This document shows, piece after piece, positions 46,711 to 54,890 of a stretch of DNA of 64,000 nucleotides (within the stretch, counting starts at the first letter, position 1; every line of letters begins with the position of its first letter). The translations under genes and the position numbers were made by a program. The notes below the pieces were generated by a model. The model was not told the origin of the DNA. It saw nothing but the letters and a program-made list of their open reading frames with translations, and made no database searches. Origin of the DNA: a bacterium. GTDB lineage: Bacteria > Bdellovibrionota > UBA1018. Where the stretch lies: the NCBI GenBank assembly GCA_019751945.1, contig JAIEMT010000003.1, forward strand, positions 34,993 to 98,992. Reading direction: 5' to 3'.

Positions 46711-48169
46711 CTCCTAATGATCCAGCAAGCTTGCGTTTTAGTGAGTTCAGTTTTCTCGATGTCGATAACTCTAGGTGCGTTGGAACCTTGGCTCGTTCTA
46801 AAATGCTGATAGCCTCGTTAACTTTTCCAGTTTTTTCCATTAATAGTGCCAGGTTGACGCTCGCCTTAGGTCCAAACTCGGCATGATTCACTATTTTTCG
46901 GTATCTCGCTTCTGCTTCTTCATTTGCACCGGCAGATTCTAGAGTTAGAGCCAAATTAAAAGAGATAACAGGGTTCTCAGGATATCTTTTCTCAGCACCA
47001 AGGAGAATTTCAGCCGATTCTTTATATTTTTTCTGTTGATAAAATGTAATCGCTTTAAGGACAGCCACCTCGGGGTCAGTCTCTTCACTGGTTCTTATTT
47101 TCTTAATTTTATCGTAGGCCTGTTCGGGCAGATTGAAAGACAAGTAAAGTTTTGCCAATGCAATTGAGGCCCAGGACTGGTCCGGAGCCCTCTCATTATA
47201 AACAGCAACTAAGGAACCCGCTGCCTCCAGCTTTTTTTGGCTGATATAAAGATCAAATAGCAATCGGGTCGCCTGGTCAGAGGCAGGTTCTATTTTCAAC
47301 ACCTCTCGCAATGAATCTTCGGCTTTGTCGGGTTGCTTCAACTGAAGGTAAATCTCTGCTAAGCGCAAGCGCGGACTAGTTATCAAAGGTTCCAGTTCAA
47401 CAATTTTCGTTCCAACAGTTTGCGCTTCGCCTAAGCGTCCCAATGCCACCAATGCTTCCATCTTCCCATTCCAACCAGCCAAATTGGAGGGGTGGCTCGT
47501 CACGATACGTTCGAAAATGCGAAGACTTTCTTTTGCCTGATGGGTTTTAAGGTAAATATTTCCCAGACTTTCAAGTGCGGCTAAATTGTTGGGATCAGAT
47601 AAAAGCACTCGTAAGTAATCACTAATGGCGAATGTGGTCTTGCCCAACGCCTCGGCATTCCTAGCCGCTAAAAGGATTAAGTCTAAACTCTTACCTTTCT
47701 GTTTGCGTGAAGCCAAGAGTTCTTCAAGTTCAATATGTCTTGATAAACTGAAGAGGAGCTCGGCCCGTAGGATAAGAGCCTCTGGGTAGTCCCCCCGCAA
47801 CTTTTCAGCACGGCTTACTTCGACAAGAGCATCTTCCGATTTTCCGAAAGCCTTTAGACACTTGGCTTTAAGAAACCGTGCCTCTGCCCTAAACGGATTC
47901 TGATCTTCCAATAACTCATTGACCATAGCCAGAGCTTGATCTGGGTTGCCTACCGCTAATAGTACGCGAACCTGGCCTGTAATCGCTTCTTCCCGATACT
48001 CGCTTCTCTGAGCGAGCCGACGGTAAATTGAAAGAGCTGTGCGGAAATCATTGGAGCGTTCGGCGCTCTTAGCCAAAGAAATGTAATCAACGACGTCGAT
48101 ACCCTGCGCCCTTGGCTCTCCAATAAAAATTAAGCTAAATAAGCAAAGGACCCTAATGCAGTTCCCCAT
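46691..48169 (-). CDS. tetratricopeptide-repeat (TPR) protein, secreted
   Basis: Signal peptide then more than 10 consecutive TPR-like 34-aa helical repeats (A/L/Y-rich, W-LG-Y pattern). Confidence 0.7.
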   Translation of the reverse strand: MGNCIRVLCLFSLIFIGEPRAQGIDVVDYISLAKSAERSNDFRTALSIYRRLAQRSEYREEAITGQVRVLLAVGNPDQALAMVNELLEDQNPFRAEARFLKAKCLKAFGKSEDALVEVSRAEKLRGDYPEALILRAELLFSLSRHIELEELLASRKQKGKSLDLILLAARNAEALGKTTFAISDYLRVLLSDPNNLAALESLGNIYLKTHQAKESLRIFERIVTSHPSNLAGWNGKMEALVALGRLGEAQTVGTKIVELEPLITSPRLRLAEIYLQLKQPDKAEDSLREVLKIEPASDQATRLLFDLYISQKKLEAAGSLVAVYNERAPDQSWASIALAKLYLSFNLPEQAYDKIKKIRTSEETDPEVAVLKAITFYQQKKYKESAEILLGAEKRYPENPVISFNLALTLESAGANEEAEARYRKIVNHAEFGPKASVNLALLMEKTGKVNEAISILERAKVPTHLELSTSRKLNSLKRKLAGSLGGAPNDR

Positions 48170-48265
48170 GCATTAGTTATCGGGATCTTTTGTAAAGTAT
48201 TAAAAAAAAAAAGAAGGCAATCTTTTGACTGTGATGGAGCCGGCCCCAGGGCCGTGAAATGAGTT

Positions 48266-49303
48266 CTAATTTGTAGAAACCATCATACTCGTTACGCAAC
48301 GAGTATAAATTTGGGACGGGATATACGGACTAGTTCCAACGCGAGTTAAGGCGCCCGAGGCATAAGTAAACTTTTCAATGGTATTCGAGGTACTCAACGC
48401 ATTCGCGACATAGACATTGCCGGATGACGAATCAAGAGCCATAGCGGAGGGACCATTGATGATGGTCGAGTCCGAAAATGCAACTGCGGTATTAGAGATC
48501 GCGTTAGTCGTCGGATTGATGTCGTAAGAGTAAACATAATTTGATCCTGCAGTCGTGCTTCCATAGGCAACCAGTATTTTTCCGCTCGTATGCATCATGA
48601 TCCCAGTGGGCAGAGCCGTAGTACTAGGAGCCGTTTGCGAGGAGAGACAATCAGCAGACACGCTGTATCCGGTGGCTGCAATGACACCAAATTTGTTGTT
48701 CGGAGTTGCTGCCGCGTGGGCGTAGAGAATCTTTCCATTTGAGAGCGTGGTCATGCTGGAGATTAATGTGGTCGAGGTGGCACAGGAACCTGCCGGTGCG
48801 CTAACAAAAGGATTGGCCCCAGAGGTGATGCGAGATTTGTTAGAAGAAAATTTCTCAAGAGCCGTACCTTTGCTAACCAATAAACCTCCATCCGGCGACA
48901 TAAATATGCCTCGAAGCTGTGCGCTCATGGCCGTACTATTCACCAAATAGGTCGTTACCGTGTTGTAATAGGTCTTATCTACAAGATCAATTCTGCGACC
49001 ACTTGCGTTTTCAACCAAAACCAAAATTTGAGATGAGCTATAGTTGACCATGCCCACTGGCGAGTCGGATGGAGAAAATGAGTTGTAATCTACCAGTAGA
49101 GTATCATAGGCCCCCGTGGCCAAATCAAACTTAGTAATCGTGTTAGAGGCAGTGCTCACGGCGACGCCTCCACCGTAACAGGTCCCGCTTGCGACGTAGA
49201 GGAATGGGCCACTGGTTCCGGAAGGGGTGAGTACGTCCAAATTACCGCAGCTAAAGGCGACAGAACTAAGAGTCAAAACCAAAAAAAATCTTGACCTGGG
49301 CAT
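48266..49303 (-). CDS. lipoprotein, Ser/Thr-rich, probable beta-propeller-like repeats
   Basis: Lipobox AFSCG after MPRSRFFLVLTLSSV; repeated hydrophobic-strand/S-T-G segments; first gene of the five-gene minus-strand operon; the ORF-track start at 49321 is probably too far upstream. Confidence 0.45.
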   Translation of the reverse strand: MPRSRFFLVLTLSSVAFSCGNLDVLTPSGTSGPFLYVASGTCYGGGVAVSTASNTITKFDLATGAYDTLLVDYNSFSPSDSPVGMVNYSSSQILVLVENASGRRIDLVDKTYYNTVTTYLVNSTAMSAQLRGIFMSPDGGLLVSKGTALEKFSSNKSRITSGANPFVSAPAGSCATSTTLISSMTTLSNGKILYAHAAATPNNKFGVIAATGYSVSADCLSSQTAPSTTALPTGIMMHTSGKILVAYGSTTAGSNYVYSYDINPTTNAISNTAVAFSDSTIINGPSAMALDSSSGNVYVANALSTSNTIEKFTYASGALTRVGTSPYIPSQIYTRCVTSMMVSTN

Positions 49304-49492
49304 TTTACTTCCTCCGCGCATTTCGATACCACCAATATTATATCGTAATTATTTAGTTAATAGTTAAGGGCGGAATACGACATAGGGCGTTATATCTCTC
49401 ATAACAGCTTGTTAAATATTCTAAATGTAATAAATTGTTAACCTTTTGTTTTTTGTCAACTCACAAGTTCGTTCTGCCGAACGGTAATAGTA

Positions 49493-50098
49493 ATGAGGTG
49501 TCTTCAAACTCTCCCGTTATTGGTGTCCGCTGTTCTCGTGACGCTGTGTCCCGTTATGGGTTTTGCATTTACCAAAGAGCGGGCTGCGGCCATCGTGATG
49601 GGCGGAGCAACTTTTTACGGCGGAGGAACAACTGGTAGTTTAGCGGGAACGACAGGTTTTTCGTTTAGCCTGCAGGCGCAGCCCAAAAAAGGACTTCTCC
49701 GCCCCACTTTAGGAATATTTGGCGAAGCCGCTTCTGGCGTAGCTCCAATCTCTGGCACTCAGACTTCCTACAGCCTCTATGGAGGGGGATTCGCAGTTGG
49801 CGTGCAAATTTCTCCCTTCGCAGAAGGAAACATTACTCCTTACATTTCTGCAGACGGAATTTTGGGATGGAACTTACTCAAACTCGGAAGCAGTTCGACG
49901 ACGACCAATAACACGAATTCCCTGATGTATGGCTACGTCATTGGAGCAGGCGCAGATATTCGGTTAGCGCGAACCAAAGGAAATGCGATTCGATTGCAAA
50001 CTGGTTACCTTTACAAAGTTGGCAGATTAGCCGGGATTAATAGTTTTGCGATCCAGGGATTTGTCGTTTCCATCGGGTACTGCTTCTCGCCTCAATGA
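49493..50098 (+). CDS. small outer-membrane beta-barrel protein (OmpW/OmpA-N-like)
   Basis: Signal peptide; Gly/Thr-rich amphipathic strands; C-terminal ...SIGYCFSPQ; divergent from the island operon across an AT-rich promoter region. Confidence 0.5.
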   Translation: MRCLQTLPLLVSAVLVTLCPVMGFAFTKERAAAIVMGGATFYGGGTTGSLAGTTGFSFSLQAQPKKGLLRPTLGIFGEAASGVAPISGTQTSYSLYGGGFAVGVQISPFAEGNITPYISADGILGWNLLKLGSSSTTTNNTNSLMYGYVIGAGADIRLARTKGNAIRLQTGYLYKVGRLAGINSFAIQGFVVSIGYCFSPQ

Positions 50099-50505
50099 AA
50101 AAGCTGCTCCAACTCCTTGAAGGGCCCGGCGTACTAAAGATGAAGCGCGAGAACCGGAAGGCGAATCCTAATCCACGTACACGAGTTCAGATTTCAAAAA
50201 AGGCATTTCGCCCACCATTCTCAAATCCCGCCAGGGTATAAAGTCAGCGATGTGCAACCAACATTGAAGTGAAAAGTAGATCAAATCCTGCTGACACTGG
50301 AGTTGGAACCCTCTATCCATTTTGGATTAAGGTCAGAAAAGTGAGCCGATTTTGCAAAGAAAAAAGCAGCTCGAATGACCCTCTTTTGTTGCCCAACGGA
50401 GTAGCAATGCCAAGTCAAGATCGGGAAGCAGGAGTTCCCCTTTAAGACTTTTAGAATCCTTGTAAATTAAATCATTCTTATAGTTAGCGAGGGGGTCCGT
50501 ATTTT

Positions 50506-50805
50506 TCACGCGGCTCTTATTTTGACGTGCTTGGCGAGAATCTCATTGATGAGCGATTGATAGCCCGTGCGCTTCTCTTTGGCCTCACGGCGAATACCCT
50601 TAAGTGTTTCCTGGTCAATTCTCACGGCGATAAGTTTTCGCGGCGCGCTCCCAAGTAGGGGGCGACCCAAGCGCTTCATTGCATCAAGCTGCTTCCCGGA
50701 TAGTTCCGGAATGTCCGAAAAATCGATCTTACGATCGAGGATAGACTTTGCGCTCTTTTTTGCTGGCACACCGCGAGCTGATGATGCGGAATTTTTCTTT
50801 GCCAT
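50506..50805 (-). CDS. brnA: BrnA antitoxin (RHH/CopG-like) of type II BrnT/BrnA toxin-antitoxin system
   Basis: IDFSDIPELS...GRP...KLIAVRIDQETLKGIRREAKEKRTGYQSLINEIL matches the BrnA consensus. Confidence 0.65.
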   Translation of the reverse strand: MAKKNSASSARGVPAKKSAKSILDRKIDFSDIPELSGKQLDAMKRLGRPLLGSAPRKLIAVRIDQETLKGIRREAKEKRTGYQSLINEILAKHVKIRAA

Positions 50806-50977
50806 CTTTGCTTCTCCTCACTGTAAAAATAAAAGTCAGAATTCGACCTCGCTCTGACTTCGCGATTGCAACATACCGGTCTTCTGATTTTGAGTGAGAG
50901 CAGCTCATCGTCTCTTCAAAGCTCACGCCATGCTTTTCAAGGTTCCTGGCTGCTTTACGACTTTCCCGCTCAAACAC
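50729..50977 (-). CDS. brnT: BrnT toxin (DUF497 ribonuclease)
   Basis: ARNLEKHGVSFEE...HSKSEDRYVAIA...RILTFIFTVRR...FRIISSRCASKKERKVY matches the BrnT consensus; 82 aa. Confidence 0.65.
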   Translation of the reverse strand: MFERESRKAARNLEKHGVSFEETMSCSHSKSEDRYVAIAKSERGRILTFIFTVRRSKDGKEKFRIISSRCASKKERKVYPRS

Positions 50978-51114
50978 CTATTTAAGTATATACAAAAGTA
51001 GAGCATTCGCAAGAAGAAGTAGGTCATTGCCTAAAACAGGGCAGCCGAATAGGCCTTGCATGACGCAAATGCTTGTCCTACTGGGCCGATGTAAAGGGAA
51101 TTTGTCTTGTGTCG

Positions 51115-51834
51115 TCAGCCACGAATGAGAAAGTTTAGCCCCGCAAGAACTAGGGTCGCTTCCACGAGAACGAGGAAAACACGCTCTGGCAGCTTCTTTA
51201 CGATTTGCTTCCCAAGCCAGGATCCCAGAATCATGACCGGTCCCACAGCGAGCCCGACATAGACCATCTTCTCGGTCAGAAGTGAGGTCTGATGGTAGGC
51301 GGCGATCTTAAAGACGTGCATGACAACGGTGCAGAGGGCTTCGGTCCCAATGAACGCACCTTTTACAAGACCGTAGGCAAGAAAGAACGGCACAATAAAG
51401 GGACCAACACTTCCGACTAGGGCTGAGAGAAAACTAAAGCCTAGTCCAACGCCGATGAATCCCCGTACAGGCATCCTCTTAACCCGCTTGGTTCCAACCC
51501 AGCGCCAAAGGACAGTCAGCAGAAGAAATGGCCCGAGGAACCGAATGAGGACAGGAGCGGGAGCTTTTGCGAAGAAAAATCCGCCGATCAGAGCACTAGG
51601 AATTGCGCTGACTGAAAAATAGCGGACCACTTTCCAATCCAGCTCGTGGCGGTGAAAGAAAACTCGGCTTCCGTTTCCAATGAGTTGAGCGACCGCGAGG
51701 ATCGGAATGGCGTCCCTAACGCCGAAAATCGCAACGAGAACCGGAAGAAGAACAGCAGCGCCGCCGAACCCAGTGATGCCAGCAAGCGTGGAACCACCGA
51801 GCGCAGCTCCGGCAAGGAGAATCCACTGCATCAT
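51115..51834 (-). CDS. TauE/SafE family sulfite/anion exporter
   Basis: 239 aa, 8 TM, two internal repeats with Gly-rich helices typical of TauE/SafE. Confidence 0.75.
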   Translation of the reverse strand: MMQWILLAGAALGGSTLAGITGFGGAAVLLPVLVAIFGVRDAIPILAVAQLIGNGSRVFFHRHELDWKVVRYFSVSAIPSALIGGFFFAKAPAPVLIRFLGPFLLLTVLWRWVGTKRVKRMPVRGFIGVGLGFSFLSALVGSVGPFIVPFFLAYGLVKGAFIGTEALCTVVMHVFKIAAYHQTSLLTEKMVYVGLAVGPVMILGSWLGKQIVKKLPERVFLVLVEATLVLAGLNFLIRG

Positions 51835-52203
51835 GCGTTGCCCACTCGTATCGTTACAGTCTGAAGGTCTTCCAAGGATTTTGAGATCAAATCTTTATCC
51901 GACGACTTTTTATCAAGCGGAGTTCCTTACTTCTGAAAGGGGATGTTGCTCCTTCAAGGGCTTCGTCACAAATTTTCTTCACTGCTATTTCCTGACATTT
52001 CGCGAGTTGTCCTATTTTGCTGAAAATTTAAAAAAACCCCACGAAATAGGCGTTGTTTAACGCAGGTGCTTGTCCTACAATAGGACAAAACGGGCAGTAA
52101 GTAATGGATTTTATTCAGTCCCAATCAAACCAGCCATTTAAAAAAGATTAAACTCCCTCAAAATAAAAAATCTCCGACAAACCAATCGACTATTCGAAGC
52201 ACG

Positions 52204-52223
52204 CTGGGGTGCTAGGATTCGAA
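52204..52223 (-). repeat. exact 20-bp inverted copy of the tRNA-Gln 3' end (TTCGAATCCTAGCACCCCAG)
   Basis: 52204-52223 is the reverse complement of 36666-36685; candidate att remnant or island boundary; pairs 13/14 with 52360-52373. Confidence 0.7.
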
Positions 52224-52429
52224 GCGAAGGACGCGACCCGCGGACGACTCCAAAGGAGTCGGACGAGGGGCGGCGCAGTGAGGGAGCGTGAAGCGACCGA
52301 ACGTAGTGGCCGAATCTCGCCCGAGGCACGCGCGTGCCGAGCCTCTAAGCAAGAAGACAAATCCTAGCCCCCCTTGTCCTCCATTGCCTTTGTTTGCTTT
52401 TCTAAGCAAAAAATTGAATCTGATATACT

Positions 52430-53032
52430 TTGACGGTGAGATTCGAACTCATCCTAACCATCGGAATTCTACTCAGCAGCGGTCTTCCCACTCACGCCGC
52501 CGAAGACGACTGCGACCACCACTACGCCGATCTTCAAGCCTATCTCAAGCAGCATACAGAATTGAACAGCGAGGTTCTCGACATTCAAGATGGAAAAATA
52601 TCCGTGCAAACGGTGCTACTAGAATCACGGCAGGGGAAATTTCTGCAACTCCTAGGGGCTGCCATAAAAAACGGCCGAGTAACCGAGATTCAAGCTGGCA
52701 ATGTCGTCGCTCCTAAGATCCTCTCCTTCTTTGTGAACGCAAAACGATACGCCCCTCAAGAGGGCTCATGCAAAGTCAAAGGACTCCTAAACCCCACGTT
52801 TTTGAAAACGATGGCCCAAGCAGAAAAGAAGCTCAAAAGCCCATTGAAACCCGACGGCACTCGCAACCCGAACTACTGGAGTGATGCCGACAAAAAGAGA
52901 TTCGACGCAGCCTGGAAAAATCTCAAGATTGAGGAAGCTTGCCGGAAGTTCTATCCAGCGGAGCCTTGCGACGACCTAGTCTTTGAGTTTGACGTCCGTG
53001 ATCCCACTCAAATTCAATGGCGACGTCCCTAA
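52430..53032 (+). CDS. secreted hypothetical protein
   Basis: Signal peptide MTVRFELILTIGILLSSGLPTHAA; several Cys; no known domain. Confidence 0.4.
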   Translation: MTVRFELILTIGILLSSGLPTHAAEDDCDHHYADLQAYLKQHTELNSEVLDIQDGKISVQTVLLESRQGKFLQLLGAAIKNGRVTEIQAGNVVAPKILSFFVNAKRYAPQEGSCKVKGLLNPTFLKTMAQAEKKLKSPLKPDGTRNPNYWSDADKKRFDAAWKNLKIEEACRKFYPAEPCDDLVFEFDVRDPTQIQWRRP

Positions 53033-53052
53033 GTTTCAGCTACACTCCCTTT

Positions 53053-53415
53053 ATGGCAAAAAACTATTACGTTGATGGATTCCTGGCTCCTGTTCCCCGC
53101 AAAAAACTGAAAGAGTACCAGCGCAATGCTGCTGTCTTAGGCAAGATCTGGCGCAAGTACGGTGCTTTGAAATATGTGGAATGCGTGGGCGACGACACCC
53201 CCAAAGGAAAAATCACTTCTTTTCCCCGAAGCGTGAAACTCAAATCGGGTGAAGTCGTGATCTACTCTTGGATTCAATACAAATCCCGCGCGCATCGCGA
53301 TGCTGTGATGAAGAAAATCCACAAAGACGCGAAGGTCGCCGAGATTTTTGAGAACATGCCCTTCGACGGAATGCGCATGGTTTGGGGCGGATTTAAGCCG
53401 TTCGTCAGCCTCTAA
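53053..53415 (+). CDS. DUF1428 family protein
   Basis: MAKNYYVDGFLAPVPRKKLKEYQRNAAVLGKIWRKYGALKYVECVGDD matches the DUF1428 N-terminus. Confidence 0.6.
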   Translation: MAKNYYVDGFLAPVPRKKLKEYQRNAAVLGKIWRKYGALKYVECVGDDTPKGKITSFPRSVKLKSGEVVIYSWIQYKSRAHRDAVMKKIHKDAKVAEIFENMPFDGMRMVWGGFKPFVSL

Positions 53416-53663
53416 TCAAACAGCTCTTCAAAAATCGATTTCTTCCGCTTGTAAGGCTTTTGGTAATACTCGCCCTGCGACTGCGGGTGGTGTTTGTCGT
53501 CTCGATGAGAAGGCGGTTGATCTGCCTCTTTTGATTTTTCTAAAATCTTGTCGAGCTCTCCTCGGTCTAACCAAACACCGCGGCAGTCTGGACAGTAATC
53601 AATCTCCACACCTTTTCTTTCGGACATCACCAGTTTAGATTCTTTGCAGTTTGGACACTTCAT
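53412..53663 (-). CDS. zinc-ribbon (TFIIB-type) domain protein
   Basis: MKCPNCKESKL...DYCPDCRGVWLDRGELDKI has two CxxC pairs; strong AAAGGGG RBS before the internal ATG; upstream in-frame ATG at 53714 also possible. Confidence 0.55.
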   Translation of the reverse strand: MKCPNCKESKLVMSERKGVEIDYCPDCRGVWLDRGELDKILEKSKEADQPPSHRDDKHHPQSQGEYYQKPYKRKKSIFEELFD

Positions 53664-53722
53664 ACACGCCCCTTTTGCAAGAATACTAAACCCAGATTCC
53701 CTCGAAATCCACATTCCCTGAC

Positions 53723-54064
53723 ATGAACATTCGTGCTACGAGTGGCCGCATGAATTCACATTTCTTAACAGCTGCAGTTGCCCTTTCATTAGTGATGCTC
53801 ACTTCATCTGAAATTCACGCGAAAGAAAAAAAGAAGACTCCGACACCTGCGGGCTTCAAAATTGTGAGCGTGGAATCGGGGAGTATTTTTGAAAAGCTGA
53901 ACTTCAAGAAGGGTGACGTCATCACGACTGTGAATGGTCAATCGATGGCCACTGTGCCGAATCCTTCAGCCATGCTCGAGTACCTCAACAAACCTGGAAA
54001 TATGGAAATTCAATTCGTAAGAAACGGGCAGCCTCAGACGCTGACGTTTCACTTCAAAGAATAA
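53723..54064 (+). CDS. small periplasmic PDZ-domain protein
   Basis: Signal peptide then a single PDZ-like fold (GFKIVSVESGSIFEKLNFKKGDVITTVNGQ). Confidence 0.5.
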   Translation: MNIRATSGRMNSHFLTAAVALSLVMLTSSEIHAKEKKKTPTPAGFKIVSVESGSIFEKLNFKKGDVITTVNGQSMATVPNPSAMLEYLNKPGNMEIQFVRNGQPQTLTFHFKE

Positions 54065-54065
54065 T

Positions 54066-54887
54066 TTATTGCGAATCTGCAGGAAGCACGGTGATTTCAA
54101 TTCGCCGATTTGTCGCTCGACCCGTGGTGGTCGAGTTATCGCCAATCGGATGGTAGTAAGAAGCGCCGGCGAGTTGAATTCGGCGCGGATCCCACTGTTC
54201 ATTTCTCTGTAACCAGAACTGCACCACAGACTGCGCTCTTGCAGTGGAAAGCTTCCAACCGACCGACGGATCGGATTCCGATTCTTCAGTGGGTTCCGTA
54301 TGACCTTCAATACGAATCTTATGCTTCTTATACTTGGCCAATAGGTTTCCTAGCTTAGAGAGAACCGGTGACATGTCCGGAATGATTTCCGATTTTCCAT
54401 GAGCAAAGAACTCTGGCGTGACGATTCTGAGAACCACACCCTTTTTCTCATAACGAGATTCAAAATGAGTGGGGCTTTCAGGAGTCATTCCAAGCTGAAC
54501 TGAAATACTGTTTTCAATCTCATCCACGATAGCGAGCAAGTCGACTTCCGGAGAAGTAGGCGGAACGAATCGGCCAACGGGTAAATCCACCGTGCGTCCG
54601 GATACCGTTTGAGTTTGAACGAAGGGCTCGAGCTGACTTCCACCCTTGGGCTGATCCATGGGAATCTTCAAGGGGCTAATCTCGGCTTGCGAAGTTCCAT
54701 TAAAATGGCCGGCGATTTCGGCTTTGGTTTCTTCGTCGACACCCATGAGCCACATCACCAAGAAAAAAGCCATCATCGCGGTAACGAAGTCGGCGTAAGC
54801 AACTTTCCAAGCGCCGCCGTGGTGTCCCCCATGGCCGCCGCCCTTTTTCTTTCTAACGATAATGACTGCACCTTTAGGAGCCGCCAT
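54066..54887 (-). CDS. motB: flagellar motor stator protein MotB (OmpA-like C-terminus)
   Basis: N-terminal TM with conserved Asp (AYADFVTAMMAFF), C-terminal OmpA-like peptidoglycan-binding domain (RIEGHTE...NRRIEITV). Confidence 0.75.
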   Translation of the reverse strand: MAAPKGAVIIVRKKKGGGHGGHHGGAWKVAYADFVTAMMAFFLVMWLMGVDEETKAEIAGHFNGTSQAEISPLKIPMDQPKGGSQLEPFVQTQTVSGRTVDLPVGRFVPPTSPEVDLLAIVDEIENSISVQLGMTPESPTHFESRYEKKGVVLRIVTPEFFAHGKSEIIPDMSPVLSKLGNLLAKYKKHKIRIEGHTEPTEESESDPSVGWKLSTARAQSVVQFWLQRNEQWDPRRIQLAGASYYHPIGDNSTTTGRATNRRIEITVLPADSQ

Positions 54888-54890
54888 GAA

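Noticed and set aside
48170-48265. Intrinsic terminator between the propeller-lipoprotein and TPR genes (hairpin CGGCCC-GGGCCG plus T11 run on the minus strand)
   Set aside because: The T-run is about 25 nt away from the hairpin rather than adjacent, and the genes look co-transcribed. At most it is an attenuator, so it is not called.
52190-52400. Possible tmRNA (ssrA) or second intact tRNA on the minus strand, suggested by the TTCGAATCC T-loop-like sequence and acceptor-like 3' end
   Set aside because: No T-stem pairing partner upstream (CTTCG vs required CTAGG), no tag-peptide reading frame, and the apparent 5'/3' pairing includes the T-stem strand itself. It is a fragment or inverted repeat, not a foldable tRNA or tmRNA.
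52288-52716. 142-aa Arg/Ser-rich ORF overlapping the structured intergenic region and the start of the 52430 gene
   Set aside because: Low-complexity basic translation of a GC-rich non-coding region; competes with a signal-peptide-bearing gene in another frame.
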